A DNA stretch of 61,574 nucleotides, the filler included, from Basidiobolus ranarum (lineage: Eukaryota), in assembly GCA_040143965.1 (NCBI GenBank). It is 3 parts of 3 records of this genome, joined end to end, with 100 filler letters (N's around TTAATTAATTAA, not from the genome) between each part and the next. Parts side by side here need not be neighbours in the genome. Positions count along the whole stretch, not along the records: positions 20,606 to 41,098 come from JASJQH010007103.1; 2 more parts are not named here. The stretch is one strand, 5' to 3'. The translations under genes and the position numbers were made by a program. This document shows positions 25,791-38,130 of the stretch, piece by piece. The notes under the pieces are model-generated. The model was not told the origin of the DNA, ran no database searches, and worked only from the letters and a program-made list of their open reading frames with translations. Numbering within the stretch: the stretch's first letter is position 1; each line of letters starts with the position of its first letter.

Positions 25791-26427
25791 AAGTAGTAGG
25801 TTTATCTGAAAAATGCATGTAATCAGTAATGTGGACTAGTGTAATGGAAGAGCTAAGCAAGTGTACATGTAATAGGTCATTGTCAGGAAAGCTCTTGATA
25901 CTTCATATATATCTAATAGGAGTGCCACCAAGCTAGGTATATGAATGGCAATCTTCAAGTGAATCCTGCACTCAAACTCAAAATCAAACCATTATTGATT
26001 TACTTAGAATTGTGATATACACAAAATAAATTGAGTGAAAGAATTGAGGTGAATTGTGTCCATCTGATTAGTTATCTTGCACTTTAGATAGCCAGCTACT
26101 TAATACTTGATCTCTAGTAGTGCAATGTCAATTAAGCAAATAATATAGTTCAAAATAAAAACAAAAATTTAGACCACAATTGAAATATCCTAGAATTGGC
26201 AAAGTGGAGCCTAGTGTTTAGGTTGGTCACCTTTATCATTGTTGTATCCCTATCTGTACTGGATATACATAAATTATCCAAAGTATGGCAATGTTGGGCT
26301 TGAAATTTGAAAGGTTTTACTTCTACAGATGTTCTGAACATAATTCCATTAATTATATTGGCATTTACACCTCAAGGAATTAATACATTATTTCTGATTC
26401 TTTTAAAACATACCGCAGACCCCCAAC

Positions 26428-26488
26428 TGTTGAAGTATTTGGGAGCCTGTTGGAAGTGGTTTGGAGAATTAGAGAAATTGGTGGCTTT
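26428..26488 (+). repeat. 5' ~60 bp fragment of the solo-LTR-like family, inverted relative to the adjacent full copy
   Basis: TGTTGAAGTATTTGGGAGCCTGTTGGAAGTGGTTTGGAGAATTAGAGAAATTGGTGG is the reverse complement of ~26780-26836 with 2 mismatches. Confidence 0.85.
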
Positions 26489-26836
26489 TGTTGAAATTAG
26501 CATTGCCTAAACACTTATATAGTCATATATAGCGTAGTATTTAGTTATCTTATATTTCACTGAGATATTACCCATTATTCTCAATCGGAATTTACTTGGA
26601 ATATTGACACCAACTTAGAAGTTCTCAGATATATAGATTTTTCAAACTTGGGCTAGAGGCCCCAAACTTTGCACACATGTTTCTGGGACCTTTTTTAACA
26701 CGTTCTACACGTTAGTTTGTTTAAATTTTGACAGAACTATAAATGGCAACTTTCTACTCAATAAATCAATAAGTGAAAACCACTAATTTCTCTAATTCTC
26801 CAAACCACTTCCAACAGGCTCCCAAATACTTTAACA
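26489..26836 (-). mobile_element. Solo-LTR-like repeat, copy 1 (348 bp)
   Basis: Reverse complement aligns end to end with 35660-36006; termini TGTTAAAG...TTTCAACA. Confidence 0.75.
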
Positions 26837-26999
26837 GTAATCACTATGCTAAATATGATTAGCTGTTATTAAGTTGTAAAGTTCTGAAAGCTTAGTTAAC
26901 TGTAATATTATAGGCAGACTGGCTAAGAACTTTTAAAACCCTTTTCATTAATTTCGATATGATTTCCTATAAACAATGACTCCATAGATCTGGGATGAA

Positions 27000-27067
27000 C
27001 TTTCTGTGAGTGTCTACTCCCTGCAAGGTTAATCTTTCTGTGAGTGTTTACTCTCTGCAAGGTTAAT
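27000..27067. repeat. Tandem duplication, 2 x 34 bp
   Basis: CTTTCTGTGAGTGTCTACTCCCTGCAAGGTTAAT / CTTTCTGTGAGTGTTTACTCTCTGCAAGGTTAAT (2 mismatches). Confidence 0.9.
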
Positions 27068-28784
27068 ATTTGTTTAATGTCAACATTTTTCGTATGGGAT
27101 TGACTGTTGTTACACATGGTAGTGCTTGCGTAAAAATATGACATTTGTGCACAACATTTTAAGAAGAGATGTGCTCCATTAGACGGGGTGATATCTGACT
27201 TAAGTATAAAAGTTATATGCTGTACAACTTTACCTATGATACTGATATTGCAAACTTAACTTAGGAAGCAGTATATATACTATGTGAATTATATCTAGGA
27301 GTGTGGAGTCAGAGCTGCCAATCAACTTTGTCAGTTTTCTATGCTCAGTTCTATTAAGTTCGCAGTATCTATTTCCATCTTCCTGTTATTAATATATGGA
27401 ATAGATGTATTATAAAAGAGGTGTATGAGAAAAGAATAACTTCGTGCAGAGAAATAAGTAATGTGAAGTGAACTCAGTTCAGCCTAATCTCTTGGCGTGC
27501 GAGTCGAATCCAGCGGGTTTTAGCTAGCATCATGCTAAAGACCGAGCTGGGTATGATCTTGACAATCGGCGTGTAGAGGTATCCGATGTGCAAAAATGAA
27601 ATGTAATAAATATATAATATGGGAGAAGTTACTAATTTTGAATCTTGTGGAGGACGCCACTTTCCTTGCATCAAGGCTCTTTCTTACCCAACTCCCATCC
27701 TTACTAAGACATAGTGGCGTATAAGATTTGTGTTTCATCATAGTGACGCCCTCGCCTTATTAGAAATTTTCGGGCTTGATAAAACTTTTCTCATTACTTA
27801 CTCCGAAGGTGGTGAACGAACTTAATTTCTATTTCACATACTTGTAAGAAAAGGTACGACTTATTCCACCTGCTACTTAATAGAAATCTTGACTCTTTTA
27901 GGTATTGAACATATTACCACAAATCCAGCACAAAACTTGACTGGTGAATGTACAGTCGATATTTTGTTGACAACATGGGGATAGGAAGGTTTTCCCTAGT
28001 AGATATTGCCACTGGAGGAAACTTAGACTTAGGTACTCACCCTAGTAAGCTTTCGAAATTGTAAATTATATCACAAAGCATCATTACTATTCCTGTACGA
28101 ATACAGCACTTCATTTGTCGTCTACTTCTCTGCTAATCTACCTAATATGCTATTTGCAGTGCGTTGTGAGCTAGTAGAAATTCTTATTAAATACCAACCA
28201 GCCAGTTGCAGGGTATACTGATTAATCATTAATATGAAACATGATATCAGTGGAAACTGGTCTTCTCAGGGTATCTTCTTGGCATTATAATCGGTATTTT
28301 AACTAGGGCTTGCAGGCGTTCTAATGAGTAAGCAGAAATTCACAAGTCCTCCTTATTTGTGATCGCACTAGTTGAAATGTAACTGCATTTTTAATATATA
28401 ATGCAGTAGGCTGGTAGCACAGTAGAACGATTACGGATGGATCCATTTGTGAACACCAAATAGGTCTATGTATGGGTAATAGGCGAAACAAGACATTAAA
28501 ATCAAGATCCACTAAATCATATTTGGTACTGACACACATTTAAGGTTCCGTCATACAGGTTTAGTCATTGATTGCTGTTGTGATCGTAAACGATTGAGAA
28601 AATCGGTAAACCGGTTATAGTGAAATGTATAGTTTATGTATATTTCATGGTATTAACAAGGCGTAGACAAAAATATAATACAAGATTCAATGACTTCGTC
28701 GATCCACAATTAACACTTTCAAAGCTTAAAGTTTAGCTCAGCAAGTATCTCAAGGATAGAATGAATTGAACACGGGATTGCTTT

Positions 28785-29405
28785 CTATTGTTTAACTAGA
28801 GTGTCCTGGGTTAATTGTTTCTCTCTCTTCCAAGGCTTTAGGATGAGTAAGCCAGTCAATGTGATTAAAGGGGCAAGTATTTTGGCATTCTTTAATCCCG
28901 TAACAATTACCACGTCGAAAACATACTCCTCTACACGTACAGATGGTAAGCTTATGTTTGAGAATTTGGACTCTGACAAACCGAGTGATTCACCCCAGAA
29001 AACCTGGGCAATAATGGACATCTCCTGTGTGTCAAAACAACGTAGGTATGAATCGGGCTCGTAATCCCAACAGAGCTTGCATCCCTCTAGCTCAAAGCTG
29101 TACATGCCACGTTGACTAACCGGCTTGAGTAGCTTGGCGTGATAGTTGTATGGGGCGCTCCATATGTCTACTCTCTTTGATAATTTAGTGTATCTTGCGT
29201 TGAATAGTGTTTCGCCATTCAATGCTGATCCGTTAATGCTGAAAGTATCGCCCCACCAACATCGGTTTCTGCTGACCAAGTACCGGCTATTCTGCCTACG
29301 GTCGGGACTGATCGTTTGTTGGTTATACGTTACGCGAAAGGTTTCGGTGACGTTACTAGTCTTAACTCTGAGGGAGGACTTTTCGGTTGGTTGTTTGAAA
29401 GACAT
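28785..29405 (-). CDS. Hypothetical protein (possibly Tubby-C/LURP-like beta fold)
   Basis: 206-aa ATG-initiated uninterrupted ORF with a beta-rich body and a hydrophobic C-terminal helix (APLITLTGLLIL). The fold is a guess. Confidence 0.5.
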   Translation of the reverse strand: MSFKQPTEKSSLRVKTSNVTETFRVTYNQQTISPDRRQNSRYLVSRNRCWWGDTFSINGSALNGETLFNARYTKLSKRVDIWSAPYNYHAKLLKPVSQRGMYSFELEGCKLCWDYEPDSYLRCFDTQEMSIIAQVFWGESLGLSESKFSNISLPSVRVEEYVFDVVIVTGLKNAKILAPLITLTGLLILKPWKREKQLTQDTLVKQ

Positions 29406-31292
29406 AGGTATTGCTGGTGCAGCTCAAATAGCTTGGAGGTATACAGTGATATAGGCACCGGAATGGGGTCACTTGTAAATTAACAGGTACTTCTCTTTGC
29501 TTAAATATAGTTTATTTCATTTTGGAGCCTGAGCGGATCTCCATCCTCATAGGTGAAATAGATTGTATCACTGCAAACCATATTATTCAATCAGCACATC
29601 TAAAAGGAAGCCAAGAAGATCAAAGGTGAAGGTTAAAAAAATTCGCAGAGGCTACTTGTTGAGTGCCAAGAAAGGGGAATACTGTAAAAGGAAATATTTC
29701 ATTCCGTTACATGTAAGGATGGGAATTTCACCAAGTGGACTGGAGTACATCTAAACTGTTAAATATCTAACGCACCATTTGCGAAGTCGATTCGCGGTGA
29801 TCGAATAAGCCGTTCACCTAGTTTAGTCGCATAGATTTGTTGAAATTTCCGAAATTGGCAATACTCCTGTTTTGCAATAGTAAACATGTCGAGATTCTGC
29901 TGCCAAGAAATGGGATGATCACACATGATAAGTATTACCAGAGATATACTGACTGTGTTAACTTCACATGGAATTAAATCAAGATTCATCAGCCATCATC
30001 AGAGAAGCGATGTGGTACCAACATGAAGATTTACTAGATGACAATCTATGCCTCCTCCATGCTGAAGGGCGATGAGACAGAAGGTCCATCACTAACGACT
30101 TTCAAGCCAGTTGTAACAAGCTCGCTTGGCTGGCATGAACAAGATCATAGGCCGTATAAAACTGGATAGTGAAAATGGTACGCTGTAAAACCCTCAGCTA
30201 AACGCCATCCGTACGCCCATTTCTAGAATAGGGAATTGGATTTCTGCGACTTGGAGCAGCGATTTGTTCTAGTAATAAGCGTGTGGTTGAAACCTCTAGA
30301 ACTGTATGCAAAACATCCACAGAGTTTATGGATTACATAGTTTTGACAAGAGAGCAATATAGAATGCATTATTCTATCCCTACACTCCTACAACAAGTGA
30401 CCGCACAAGAAAATAGAGCCTTAACTACACTGGCTCTTCGTAACAACAGCTCTTCAAGCCATAAAAGGAAATCCATATCTCCATCATATTGGTGTATACT
30501 ACCATACTGGATCTCAGCCGTAGCAAATGGCTCCACCCAATTATTCCAAATTATAACCAATGTGTACGATCCAACCAGTATTAAACGATCTGAATTACAC
30601 GTTGAAAGCTATCGGGCTCAACACGAATGTCTCTTTTTTGTATCCAGAAGCAAGTATAAAGCTTAACTATGAGAGATCCAGAACGTCTATTCTGAACAAA
30701 ACACTATCTGTACCCATGAAGTAAATAAACTGTGGCCTCAGGCATATTTGATTCAATCACAATTTGACAAACCATTCAACTAAAGGAAGCAGCTATATAC
30801 CATACCACCTTGGCCTAATTGGCAACTGTATCGTCTGTACGGTAATTGCCTGCCTGTAAAAAAGCGAAACAGAGTTGAGTTACACATTCATGGATACCAT
30901 GCTTCTATGAAGAACACATAGTTAATTCCTAAATATTAGTTGCCACACAGTTACTCTAAGGATTCACATGAAGTTAGGAAAATCGCAAAGTCTTAGCCAT
31001 ACAATTGAACCACTCTTGAGGTATGAATCCTTGCTCAACTCTCCGTTTACCTTCTTTAATACTTATTAACCTTAGAATAGTGATCCAGCTCACCAGGTTG
31101 TACCACCCTTGCCCGGATGTCACAACATGGAATCATTAGCAAATATTTTTTCCACATGAAACTGTAGTTTATTACAGCTGAACTTGATTTCAGCGTCCAA
31201 GTTCTGTAAACAGTTGGAAAAATATTGAAATATACTATACACGCTACAAACAATACACACTCCGGCTTGAGAATCTCTTACAAACAATATTA

Positions 31293-31691
31293 CTAAAGTT
31301 CCTGAGATTCTCCCTCTTTTTTGGACTTCTTGGGCAAAAGAGATCCATGGATATTAGGTAGAACCCCTCCTTGTGCGATAGTAACGTTTGATAAAAGTTT
31401 GTTTAACTCTTCATCATTTCTGATGGCTAGTTGAAGGTGACGGGGGATGATTCTAGTCTTTTTATTGTCACGAGCTGCATTTCCCGCTAATTCAAGGATT
31501 TCAGCAGCAAGATATTCCAACACTGCAGCCAAGTAGACGGGAGCACCTGCAGCAATGCGTTGAGAGTAGTTACCTTTGCGCAAATGACGATGTATACGGC
31601 CAACTGGGAACTGAAGACCAGCTTTGGAAGAACGAGATTTGGAACCTCCACTGACTGCTTTGCCACTTTTACCACCTGCTTTGCCGGACAT
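31293..31691 (-). CDS. HTA1: Histone H2A with SQEL tail
   Basis: [61 protein letters not shown]; intronless; true start at 31691. Confidence 0.97.
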   Translation of the reverse strand: MSGKAGGKSGKAVSGGSKSRSSKAGLQFPVGRIHRHLRKGNYSQRIAAGAPVYLAAVLEYLAAEILELAGNAARDNKKTRIIPRHLQLAIRNDEELNKLLSNVTIAQGGVLPNIHGSLLPKKSKKEGESQEL

Positions 31692-32981
31692 GGTTATATT
31701 GGGAAGGGTAGCAATATCATTTACCTTATATTCAATCATTCTCCTATACCTATACTCGCAACCCAAACTGTAGGCCAATAAACTGAGTCTGTGTTACATT
31801 ATAGGGAGGATTTGGATTTTATGAATCTCGCATCTCGATATTAAGAGTTGATTGGAGATATAGGATTGAAATATTCCATGCAAGTATGCTATGACTACTC
31901 ATACAATATTTAGAGCAACTGGGCCAATATTAGGGGCTTTTTCATTTATTTATGCCATTAAAACTTCATGATCTTTAATTGGGTGAAGTATGATGCTGGA
32001 AATGGGCGACATTACAAATTCACTATTTTTAGGTGAAGATAACAGTCGTGATTGCTCAAGTCCACCATCCACAGGGTTGGTGTGAAAGAGGAATTTAAGA
32101 AGCAACTCACAATGCAAATTATTGGATGCAGATATCATTCACAGGTTATAAATACCTAGCAATGAGGGATAATCCATGCATTATGTCCAGTTGGCTGGTC
32201 CAGCCTAATCAGAGATGTTCATAGTATGACTATCCACGCGAACCTGTGCGAATCCTATTTATAACTTCTGCGTTTCATGATTGAGCTCGAATGTTTACTG
32301 GTAGGATACATTTATCTTCATGTGCCATATGAAGCTTTGGCCTATAAAACTCCATATATTTATACACAGACGACTAATAAGCACAACATTGCATGAGTGT
32401 GCAAGGTTTTGCTCTAATCTTTCCAGCAAACATATAGGATTCTTTTAGTCTCGAAAATCCCGCCAAGAAAACTTAGGATCTGAAAGATAAGAGGATTCCG
32501 ATTTGGGCTAGTGTGAACATTCTGCAGTGCAGTGAAATGGCCAGAAAGGCCCAATTGCATTTGAGGGTGAATTATTTGTTTACATTAATTGGGAGCACTC
32601 TTTCCTAATTCACTCTAGGTCTGAACAAAACTCACTTAGCAATCAATCGAGCACCTATCTTTGACTGCTACAGATACCAAGATGTCCATACAATCCGTGT
32701 GTGTACTATCTACAAATGTAACTGAATAATCCCCCAAATACTTGAGCTCCCAATTTCTGGAATGAGTGTATATGTTTGCACAAGAACCAGTTACAGTCTA
32801 GAATTGGGCTGGGTCTAGTATCCAATGAACATTTGTTTTTTGTTTACTCAGTTTGTCACAATGTTACAGGTATGATTTGTCACTTTTTAATGCCCATGTA
32901 GCAATAAATTTCCATCCATAGCATTCAAAGTCGTACAGTTGACGGTTTGAGGGACGAGTTTGGCGGGAGAATGGAATCCAT

Positions 32982-34176
32982 TTACATCTCTTCGATGGTC
33001 TTTAAAGTATCATCCAATTCCCTACGAACCTCAATGTATTTCTCGTAGGCTTCTTCTAACTTCTTCTCCATCTTATCTCTTTCACTCTCCATTTGCTGTA
33101 CACGTCGCTCTAACTGTTCACACCTAAGATCTAAATCACGTGCTCTAAAAGCAAAACAATGATGTTAGAAATATATTCCAATAATTATAAAAGTCCTACT
33201 TACTTTTCGTTGGATTCACGCAATTTATTCTTGGATTCCTCAAGTTCACCTTCAAGCAACCCAATCTTCTTATCTCTAGATTCAATTTCGGTTTTGCTTT
33301 GATCTTCACCAACCCGTGTAGATTTGGCACTCTCAAGCTTCTCTTCAGTACGACCCAGTTCGATTTGTAACATGCTTAGCTTGCTTTGCAACTCGATAAG
33401 CTCCTGATCCCGCTCATGGTTGTTTATACTAGGATTGGACGTTTCCTGGAGTCTATTCATGCAAACTCGAGATAAGAATACACCCAATTGAAAATGAAAG
33501 TAACATGGAGGATACAAACTTGTTCTCCAAAGTAACCTTCTCACTCTCGAGTTGTTGAACCTTGCGCTCTGATTGTTCAGCCTTCAAATCGATCTCACGA
33601 AGTCTACAAAATAGAAAGTATTTAATCAAGGATACATTAAGAAATTTCATGAACTCATAACCTACCTCTCGATGGTCTCTTTCAACTTATTTTCGGTTTC
33701 TTCCAATTTCTCTTCAACCATAGAGAGTTTCTTACCAAGATTGTCGTTTAAACTACGATGATCCTGGGTTTCTTCGTTCGAAGCTTTAGACTCGACCAAT
33801 TTTTGTTCTGCTTTTTCCAACTGTTCTTCAAGAAGTTGGATTTTCTTTTGAAAACTGAGGGTTTCTTGTTCACGGTCAAGTTGAGTTTCAATAAGTTTCT
33901 TTAGTTGTGCTTCGGCTTGTTCAGCACGGGCGGATGCTGCATCAGCTTCAGCTCGGAGTGTGTTAATCCTCTGCAAAAGTTTAAAATGGATCAATCCAAG
34001 TATACTTGTAAATTAAGGGATGCATCTCTATTCTCTCACACATGGAAGTTGAGTGTTTTCTTTTTGCAAGATGAGAAAGATAACTGCTATAGGAAATATA
34101 TATCCCCAACCACTCCAAACAACCTATAAAGAAAAGTACAAACAAGATAATTACTTACTTCCTTAAGTCTTTCCAT
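32982..34176 (-). CDS. cdc8: Tropomyosin (Cdc8/Tpm family), 272 aa, with internal duplication
   Basis: Exons 34159-34176, 33666-33970, 33520-33603, 33204-33452 and 32982-33144 (819 nt), all with GT-AG introns. MERLKERINTLRAEADAA..., LREIDLKAEQSERKVQQLE, ...RRELDDTLKTIEEM*. Confidence 0.85.
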
Positions 34177-35226
34177 GGTTTCGAGGTTTCGTGGTAAAGT
34201 ACAGTAATTAAGTATATCCTTTACGCTACCAATGTAGTCGAATTAAGATGGTAGGATTAAATAAGTACAGGTTATTTTATTCAAAATACTGTTTAAATAT
34301 TAAATTACATAATAATTATTCGCCACCTCTTGTTTAGTTAAATTCATCGTTTCGTATATCAAGTTTTAGTAATTCCTTTTTTTTGTAGACCTCGTAAGCC
34401 ATAGTTCCGTATTTGAATTTCGTAATATCCAAGATAACTAATTCTTATCATAGCCAGAATCTTGAGTCATATTATGAAGATTTGAACAATATCAGATAGA
34501 GCCTTCTTATATGTGTTTGTACATATTATTCTGATGTTACTCTAGCATATATATCAAAAATTGCACTGTTGCGATAATCTATGTGAGTTGGAGGTCAACA
34601 GATCTATTAGTATATTACACACATCCCATTGTATATCTATTGGTAATTCTGTAATAATTTAGCTGATTAGAGCTTTCTAACTACTGCAACCGTTGTAAAT
34701 TCGGAACTTAACATAGTACCCGAGTGTAAGCAGGTTAAGAATTTGTGACAGCATAGAGTTCTACACAATATTATAGTTTATGTAGTGCTAACTAATATGT
34801 GTAATCTGTGCACTAATGAGCTCGATTGAAACATAAATGTTGGGAATTGAGATGTGCACAAGGTACTTTCTAAAGATGCCTATAGTGACCTAAATATAAA
34901 GAGCTCATTATTTATTAACCTGGTAATGAACAGTGGTTGCGGTCTTAATGGGATAAAGTCAGGAGTCAATATTATTATTCTAACTGTGCTAATCTTGCAG
35001 ATTACATCTAGAACTAAAAGTGAGATTATGTTATAACTAGTCCTATATATAATGCCTCATATTGCTCATACACTAGCATAAAGCAATCCGGTATTAATAC
35101 TCTACTATGGTAGCTCTCATTGGCAGCCTTGTTGAAGCTCACTGTCTTTTTCGCATTTGTTATCCCTATCTTAATACACCTAACTAGTCCTTGTATCACA
35201 TCTATGTTAACACTATGTAATCATAG

Positions 35227-35572
35227 TGTCAAAGTATTTTGGGAGCCTGTTGGGAGTGGTTTGGAGAACTAGAGAAATTGGTGACTCTCACTTATTAATT
35301 TATTGAGTAGAAAGCTGACATTTATAGTTTCGTCAAGATGTAAGTAAAATAGCGTGTAGAATGTGTTAAAGAGTGTCCCAGGAACATATGTGGAAAGCTT
35401 AGGGCTTCTAGCACTAGTTTAAAAAAATCCACATATCTGAGAACTTCTAAGTTGGTAGAAATATTCTAAGTTCTGATTGAGAATAATGAGTGATATCTTA
35501 ATTCAGTATAGAATAACTAGATATTAAGCTAAGCATGACTATTAAGGTGCTTAGACAATGCTAATTTTAACA
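35227..35572 (+). mobile_element. Solo-LTR-like repeat, copy 2
   Basis: TGTCAAAG...TTTTAACA; flanks CATAG/CATAT (4/5 match, possible target-site duplication). Confidence 0.75.
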
Positions 35573-35659
35573 CATATACTACTTAGCTGAAATAAAGAAC
35601 ATGGAGTTTTTGTATATATGAATTATCTAATAAATTAGTAACAACATATTTCAAGTTTC

Positions 35660-36006
35660 TGTTAAAGTATTTGGGAGCCTGTTGGAAGTGGTTTGGAGAA
35701 TTAGAGAATTTGGTTGTTTACACTTATTGATTTATTAAGTAGAGAGTTGACATTTATAGTTTTGCCAAGATGTAAACAAACTAACATGTAGAATGTGTTA
35801 AAGAAAGTCCTAGGAACATGTATGCAAAGTTCAGAGCTTCTAGCACAAGTTTGAAAAAATCTATATATCTGAGAGCTTCTAAGTTGGTATCAATATTCTA
35901 AGTAAATTCCTTGAGAATAATGGGTAATATCTTGGTGAAATTTACGATAACTAAGTACTAGGCTATATATGAGTATATAGGTGTTTAGGCAATGCTAATT
36001 TCAACA
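35660..36006 (+). mobile_element. Solo-LTR-like repeat, copy 3
   Basis: TGTTAAAG...TTTCAACA; roughly 80% similar by eye to copy 2, 87 bp downstream of it. Confidence 0.75.
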
Positions 36007-37649
36007 CATACAAACCATAATCTCCATGCATATTTGAGATTTCGGTTACTACAGTAGCTGCTTATGATAACCACATCAACATATTTTTCTTAATCCAACA
36101 CAGAGGAGTTTTTACCATATTGTTGATGTAACATTGATTTTACTAGTATAATAATAATCTGGGTGTAGTCTAGGCAAAGTAGTTGAATTAAAGCTAGAGA
36201 GCAAGTATTGCAAGCTTCTCCCAAAATTTGAGTAAGTAGCTCTCAATGGTTTAGTTGATTAAGTATACCATTTCTTGCAGTCAGCAGGCAATATACTCTA
36301 CACGACTGTATATTTTTGCATCTATCTGAGCCGCCAAAAATAAGTACATATGACACTGTGGATAAGACTTGGAATAGCAACCTATACCGATAATGAAAGT
36401 TCTATATTACTTATTTTGCCCGCTTCCTATCAAGACTTAACCAACAGTAACTCAATGTGGTTTGGCATTTGAAGCTAAATACCTGTGCTACTAAGAATAT
36501 TATGCCAAGTGATTGCATGCAACTTTGTTCATCTACCTGAATCATACATGTAACAGAGTGAAAGAAGAACTGATAACAATAGGGATTTGTAAGAGGAATG
36601 TTTTCAGAATTCATGCAATGAGAACAGGTCATATTATGCGGTCAAAGGAAAATAGTTGTTACCTCACTTCAATCAGTAAAAATCAATGCAGTATCATTGG
36701 ATTAGCTGGGTATAGTTAGTGCTTGAAAAGCAACAAATCTGCTTTTTCCTTCAGCTTTGACCTACCACTTCCCCAATATTGACATATTGAAGCCATAAAA
36801 AACTTTCCACTCCACTTTAAGTGCCTTCTACTTGATAGCCTGGTGAATCATTATATAGCTCAGATAGTTTAACAAGAGAAGTTTGATGATATACTTTAAT
36901 GCTTCTACTTATTTAGTACAACAGATATTACCTAGGCTTGTTTACACATATTGAGGCTAGTATAATTTAAGATCAATTCAGAGGGTGATTAATGAGAAGT
37001 ATTGAGGTAAGCCTTTGCCATGTTTGAAACATCCATTTCTTAAGCTACATCCTTGAGTGCCTGAAGCCTAGAAGTGACTTGGATGAGAATATTAAAGAAC
37101 TGTGAAGTGTTCCAGTTACTGGGAAAAGATGAAATATGAGGTTGACATATTGACTAGAGCAATATTTTTTTACTACTTGACCTGAGGAAACTATTCTGCA
37201 AATCGTTCATTTGTATCCAACAACTGAAATTCCGCTTCACCTATTACCGTCAATGTCTGCAATGTTTTACATAGCTTTCGTAATGCGTATATGAGCTAAA
37301 TTGGCAAACAATGTCGACAAATCTTCAGGCGCTAGAAGTCGTATAGTAATGATATATGAATGACGAAACTACCAAGATCTGATGCACAGCTAGACAGCTC
37401 CAAAGAAACCCACCAGAACTCTCACATCATCCAAAGATATTATTCAAGATACCAAAACTGGATTCTCAGGCCTAGACACTTGGAATATAGCATTGTCATC
37501 GAATTTCATTTCTTTGCGAGCCAACTCTTAACTGAAACGGGAACATTAACCATTACCAACCGATTGCCTCACTCCAACGTGTCGTCGAAACTGGTTTATA
37601 CTTGCATCAATCTGATCGAATCGAGGTCACGTTGTGAGGCACATCAATG

Positions 37650-38130
37650 GTGTCATTGATCTTCAATTCCCGAATTCCATCACCAACCCTATCCCAACGG
37701 GATCATGACCCATTTCCCGCACCCTTTACGTCATCCCTGTCAGATTGGAACCGATATTCAAGCATTGGAAAGATCCTTTCTAGTAAGTTGTGCTTCCATA
37801 GTCGCATGATCTGTAACTCTGGCATCTCCAAATCGGATGCTGTATACATTGGTAATTACTAGATATGATTTGCAACCAGCTGACCAATGGTTACTCCTGG
37901 TTCTCTTTTGGTAAGTCAATTTCATATCGCTATTTAACTTTTGCTTATAAATTTGGCAGGCCAACTTGGATTACGCACGAGTTCAGTTTGAAGGCGGATC
38001 TTAATTGGGACTCCATGATACTCCATATGACTGCCAGCAATGTACTGACCCAGATCGACTCGTGTTCCTGGCTGATAGTGCTTAAGTGTTGGATGGATAT
38101 AGTCGGGACTTTACTACATTCGGCAAGCAC
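37650..38130 (-). mobile_element. Possible non-LTR retrotransposon APE-endonuclease relic
   Basis: Degenerate LTYQKRT...VTDHATMEAQL...RKGCGKW resembles the TY..SDH..GxGxW end of L1-type endonucleases; many stops. Confidence 0.3.

Noticed and set aside
27000-27067. 34-bp repeat as a CRISPR-like array
   Set aside because: Only two adjacent units, no spacer, eukaryotic context.
31692-31778. N-terminal extension of H2A in the ORF track
   Set aside because: It starts at a non-ATG codon; the canonical MSGK start is at 31691.
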